Below are positions 61,883 through 64,000 of a stretch of 64,000 nucleotides of DNA, piece after piece; positions within the stretch are counted from its first letter, which is position 1, and every line of letters begins with the position of its first letter. Under the pieces are notes generated by a model. That model searched no databases, was not told the origin of the DNA, and saw nothing but the letters and a program-made list of their open reading frames with translations. The position numbers and the translations under genes were made by a program. Where the stretch lies: NCBI GenBank assembly GCA_965197825.1, contig CBDANW010000002.1, positions 138,059 to 202,058 on the forward strand, in the 5' to 3' direction. The stretch comes from Candidatus Marinacidobacterales bacterium. GTDB taxonomy: Bacteria > Acidobacteriota > Vicinamibacteria > Marinacidobacterales > DATDRI01.

Positions 61883-62064
61883 TGTGCCTTCTATTTATTC
61901 ATCCGCGCGCCCCGAACCTGATCGGTCTCCGATCTGCCAGGACTATGCCTGCATGATTTCGTCGTTTGTTCGCGCTCGGCCCTGGGCACGGCCGCAAACA
62001 CAGACTCCTAAGTTGCTGATTTATGGGCTATTTCAAAAGGGCTGAGTTTTGGCACAGGACGGGG
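61883..62064. mobile_element. ~180-bp MITE, copy 2 of 12448-12626
   Basis: TGTGCCTTCTATTTATTCATCC...GAGTTTTGGCACAGGACGGGG. Confidence 0.7.
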
Positions 62065-62100
62065 TCTAAGACGATTGAACTCTTGCGTACTGAAGCGGCA

Positions 62101-63156
62101 TCACAATGTGGCACGCCAGCATCTAATGATGCGCAGAAATTTCCCTACATTGTAGCCAATATAAACCAGAGTCTCGTGAATGCCTCGTGAATCGTCTTGT
62201 CCAACATCCCCGTCACCTCGCAGGTTTCTGTTGGCAATCTCCAGCATTCGTTTCAACGATTTCCTCTTGGACAAGGAACTATGGCTCACTTCATTATTGC
62301 GAAGGACATCCAACAGTGTACCGAGCGTGTAGTCGTCCCCATATACTTCAAAGATTTTGAAGTCCAACCAGTCGCCCCTAGCTAGTGAACGGCGACCGTA
62401 GTTGAGGGGATTGTAGTCGTCCAAATGATTGTATCCGCCGTGCCATTTGCCGAGTCGGTATTCGGAGTCCGCTCGCTGAACGGACATGAACATACCTTGC
62501 TCGAACGAGTTCAGAACGCGAGCGTTCTGTCCGACATATAGGTCAAATAGAGAGCAGTTGTTTTCTATAGGCTTCTGGCGAATGATTTGTTTGTGCTGTC
62601 GAGTGAGGTACTCCATCGCAGTTTTCGAGTCGAGCATCATTTTGTGTAGAATGCTCACGACAGTCTGAAACGTGAAATACGAAGCATTAAAAGAGCGTGC
62701 CCTGATTAGGTTTGTCTCAAATCCCTTCACTAGTTCGCACACGGCGCCAACGCTCCTTGATGCGGCCTTGAGAAAAGCATCTTGTGTCTCGCTCAAAATA
62801 AAGGCTAGCTGAGGAGGAGGCCACTTCAGGGCTTCCTGAAGCCCGGTCTCAGTAAAATCAACATATGCTCCATGATCGCCCTTGGGACAGATCTCCAGCA
62901 AGCCATCAGATACAGCTATAAGAAGAATGTTCTCATCCTTTTTTGACAAGATGTAATAGCGCCCCGTGAATCCTTTGGCGGAGTTGCTATAAAGAGTGAG
63001 ATCCTTCTTGCATATGGGGCCGTAGTTACCTTCAAGAGATAGATCCATTAAGATAAGACAAAGACCTTTTGTTGTTAGGACACCGTTAGGTGATAGGGCG
63101 TCCTTTGGTGAACGATCTGTGAAGTACAGTTTCGTCCAGCCGGAATGTGGTTTCAT
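62101..63156 (-). CDS. hypothetical protein (351 aa), low G+C, no recognisable motif
   Basis: A long clean ORF in a markedly AT-richer segment. The start is set at MKPHSGW (63156) because the 18 upstream codons of the track ORF lie in an IS-type terminus (63167-63215). Confidence 0.5.
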   Translation of the reverse strand: MKPHSGWTKLYFTDRSPKDALSPNGVLTTKGLCLILMDLSLEGNYGPICKKDLTLYSNSAKGFTGRYYILSKKDENILLIAVSDGLLEICPKGDHGAYVDFTETGLQEALKWPPPQLAFILSETQDAFLKAASRSVGAVCELVKGFETNLIRARSFNASYFTFQTVVSILHKMMLDSKTAMEYLTRQHKQIIRQKPIENNCSLFDLYVGQNARVLNSFEQGMFMSVQRADSEYRLGKWHGGYNHLDDYNPLNYGRRSLARGDWLDFKIFEVYGDDYTLGTLLDVLRNNEVSHSSLSKRKSLKRMLEIANRNLRGDGDVGQDDSRGIHETLVYIGYNVGKFLRIIRCWRATL

Positions 63157-63266
63157 TGGTAACTGCCTGTGCTCCGCAAAAAAGAAGATCGACCAGAAGC
63201 AGCCTACCATAGCAGGTCGGTATTAGACCTGCTATGCGGGGGGAAACTCACGTTCTGCCTGTCGCA

Positions 63267-63394
63267 CCCCGTCCTGTGCCAAAACTCGGCCCAGCCGGCA
63301 TCGACGAAAGAACTGCGCCTCTCGAAATCAGGCTAAAACTCTAGCACGCGAACAGGTTACGCGGCGGCCGCCAACACTTGACTGCGGAAGCACC
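63267..63394. repeat. ~128-bp IS-end-related element (inverted copy of 13809-13936)
   Basis: CCCCGTCCTGTGCCAAAACTCGGCCCAGCCGGCATCGACGAAAG...CCAACACTTGACTGCGGAAGCACC. Confidence 0.6.
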
Positions 63395-63421
63395 ATTTGG
63401 ACCAGACGCGAGAGAAAGAGG

Positions 63422-64000
63422 TCAAGATTCTATCTGAATATTGGCGTTGCTCGGGTTACAGCATTCCGAGTCTCGCACACAGCGACAACCGCCGACCGCG
63501 AGGAGAGCGCCGAGCACCGGAGCCGTGAGATAGATCCAGAGAGCTTGGACGTGTCCACTCACCAGCGCGGGTCCGAGGGAGCGCGCCGGATTCATCGACG
63601 CACCCGAGACGGGTCCCCCTAAGAGAGACCCTAGGGCGACGGCTCCACCTACGGCGACTCCTGCCAATAGGCCCTTCTCTTTTGCGCCGGTGGAAACGCC
63701 GAGAATCACGAACATCAGAATGGATGTGAGGAGCACCTCGAGAACGAAAGACTGCGAAGCCCGACCAGCGGGAATTGTCGCGCCGAGGGTCTGGCTCTCC
63801 AGAAACAACGCACGAACGATGAGGCTGGCAGCGAGGGCACCTGCGGACTGACTAACGACGTAGGGCGCAACCTCACGGCGCGACATTCGCCCCGAGGCCC
63901 AGAACCCTAGTGTCACGGCGGGGTTCAAATGCGCACCGGAAACGTCCCCCACCGAATAGATCATTGCCATGACCACCAGACCGAACGTGAGGGCCACGCC
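63422..64000 (-). CDS. MIP-family channel (aquaporin/glycerol or metalloid facilitator), N-terminus beyond window end
   Basis: Two NPA boxes (GAHLNPAVTLG and GASMNPARSLGPA) and the typical TM pattern. The frame is still open at position 64000. Confidence 0.85.
   Translation of the reverse strand, partial: GVALTFGLVVMAMIYSVGDVSGAHLNPAVTLGFWASGRMSRREVAPYVVSQSAGALAASLIVRALFLESQTLGATIPAGRASQSFVLEVLLTSILMFVILGVSTGAKEKGLLAGVAVGGAVALGSLLGGPVSGASMNPARSLGPALVSGHVQALWIYLTAPVLGALLAVGGCRCVRDSECCNPSNANIQIES

Overview
High-G+C bacterial accessory region (genomic island or plasmid-like) in which insertion-sequence debris surrounds several defence-type gene modules. At least six IS families are present. There are three intact 1.4-kb IS256-family copies with 8-9 bp target duplications, plus four fragments. 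There are two further, divergent IS256-like elements and one complete IS3-family element with an A7G frameshift site. There is also an IS200-type tnpA, an IS630 fragment, and an rve-type IS family whose conserved terminus (...GAGTTTTGGCACAGGACGG) occurs about 24 times, often directly abutting truncated genes and forming 150-320 bp MITE-like derivatives. Cargo between the IS debris: a C-protein-like HTH with a partial downstream ORF; a 3-repeat CRISPR remnant cut at both ends by IS termini, with no cas genes; and a prophage remnant (ParB-DNA methylase, TerS, TerL). Further cargo: a secreted DUF1524-type nuclease with two Excalibur repeats, an addB-addA operon, and a 1760-aa SF1 helicase / Vsr-like nuclease / DUF3320-like giant (Hhe-like) next to a GIY-YIG gene. 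Also present are a 1041-aa gamma-class N6-adenine methyltransferase coupled to a small PD-(D/E)XK protein, and a low-G+C trypsin-like protease plus 3-TM protein pair. A complete type I R-M system (hsdMSR) has an orphan Phd/YefM antitoxin coupled to hsdM. The most interesting locus is at 48.2-52.6 kb. It is a ubiquitin-like conjugation operon (Ubl, Cys-poor E2-like, JAB::E1 fusion) lying tail-to-tail with a 526-aa papain-like protein and flanked by small DNA-binding proteins. Apparent housekeeping remnants are a yggT fragment, an SPFH protein, an OMP beta-barrel and an aquaporin. I recognised no rRNA or tRNA genes. All calls rest on motif reading by eye; no searches were run.
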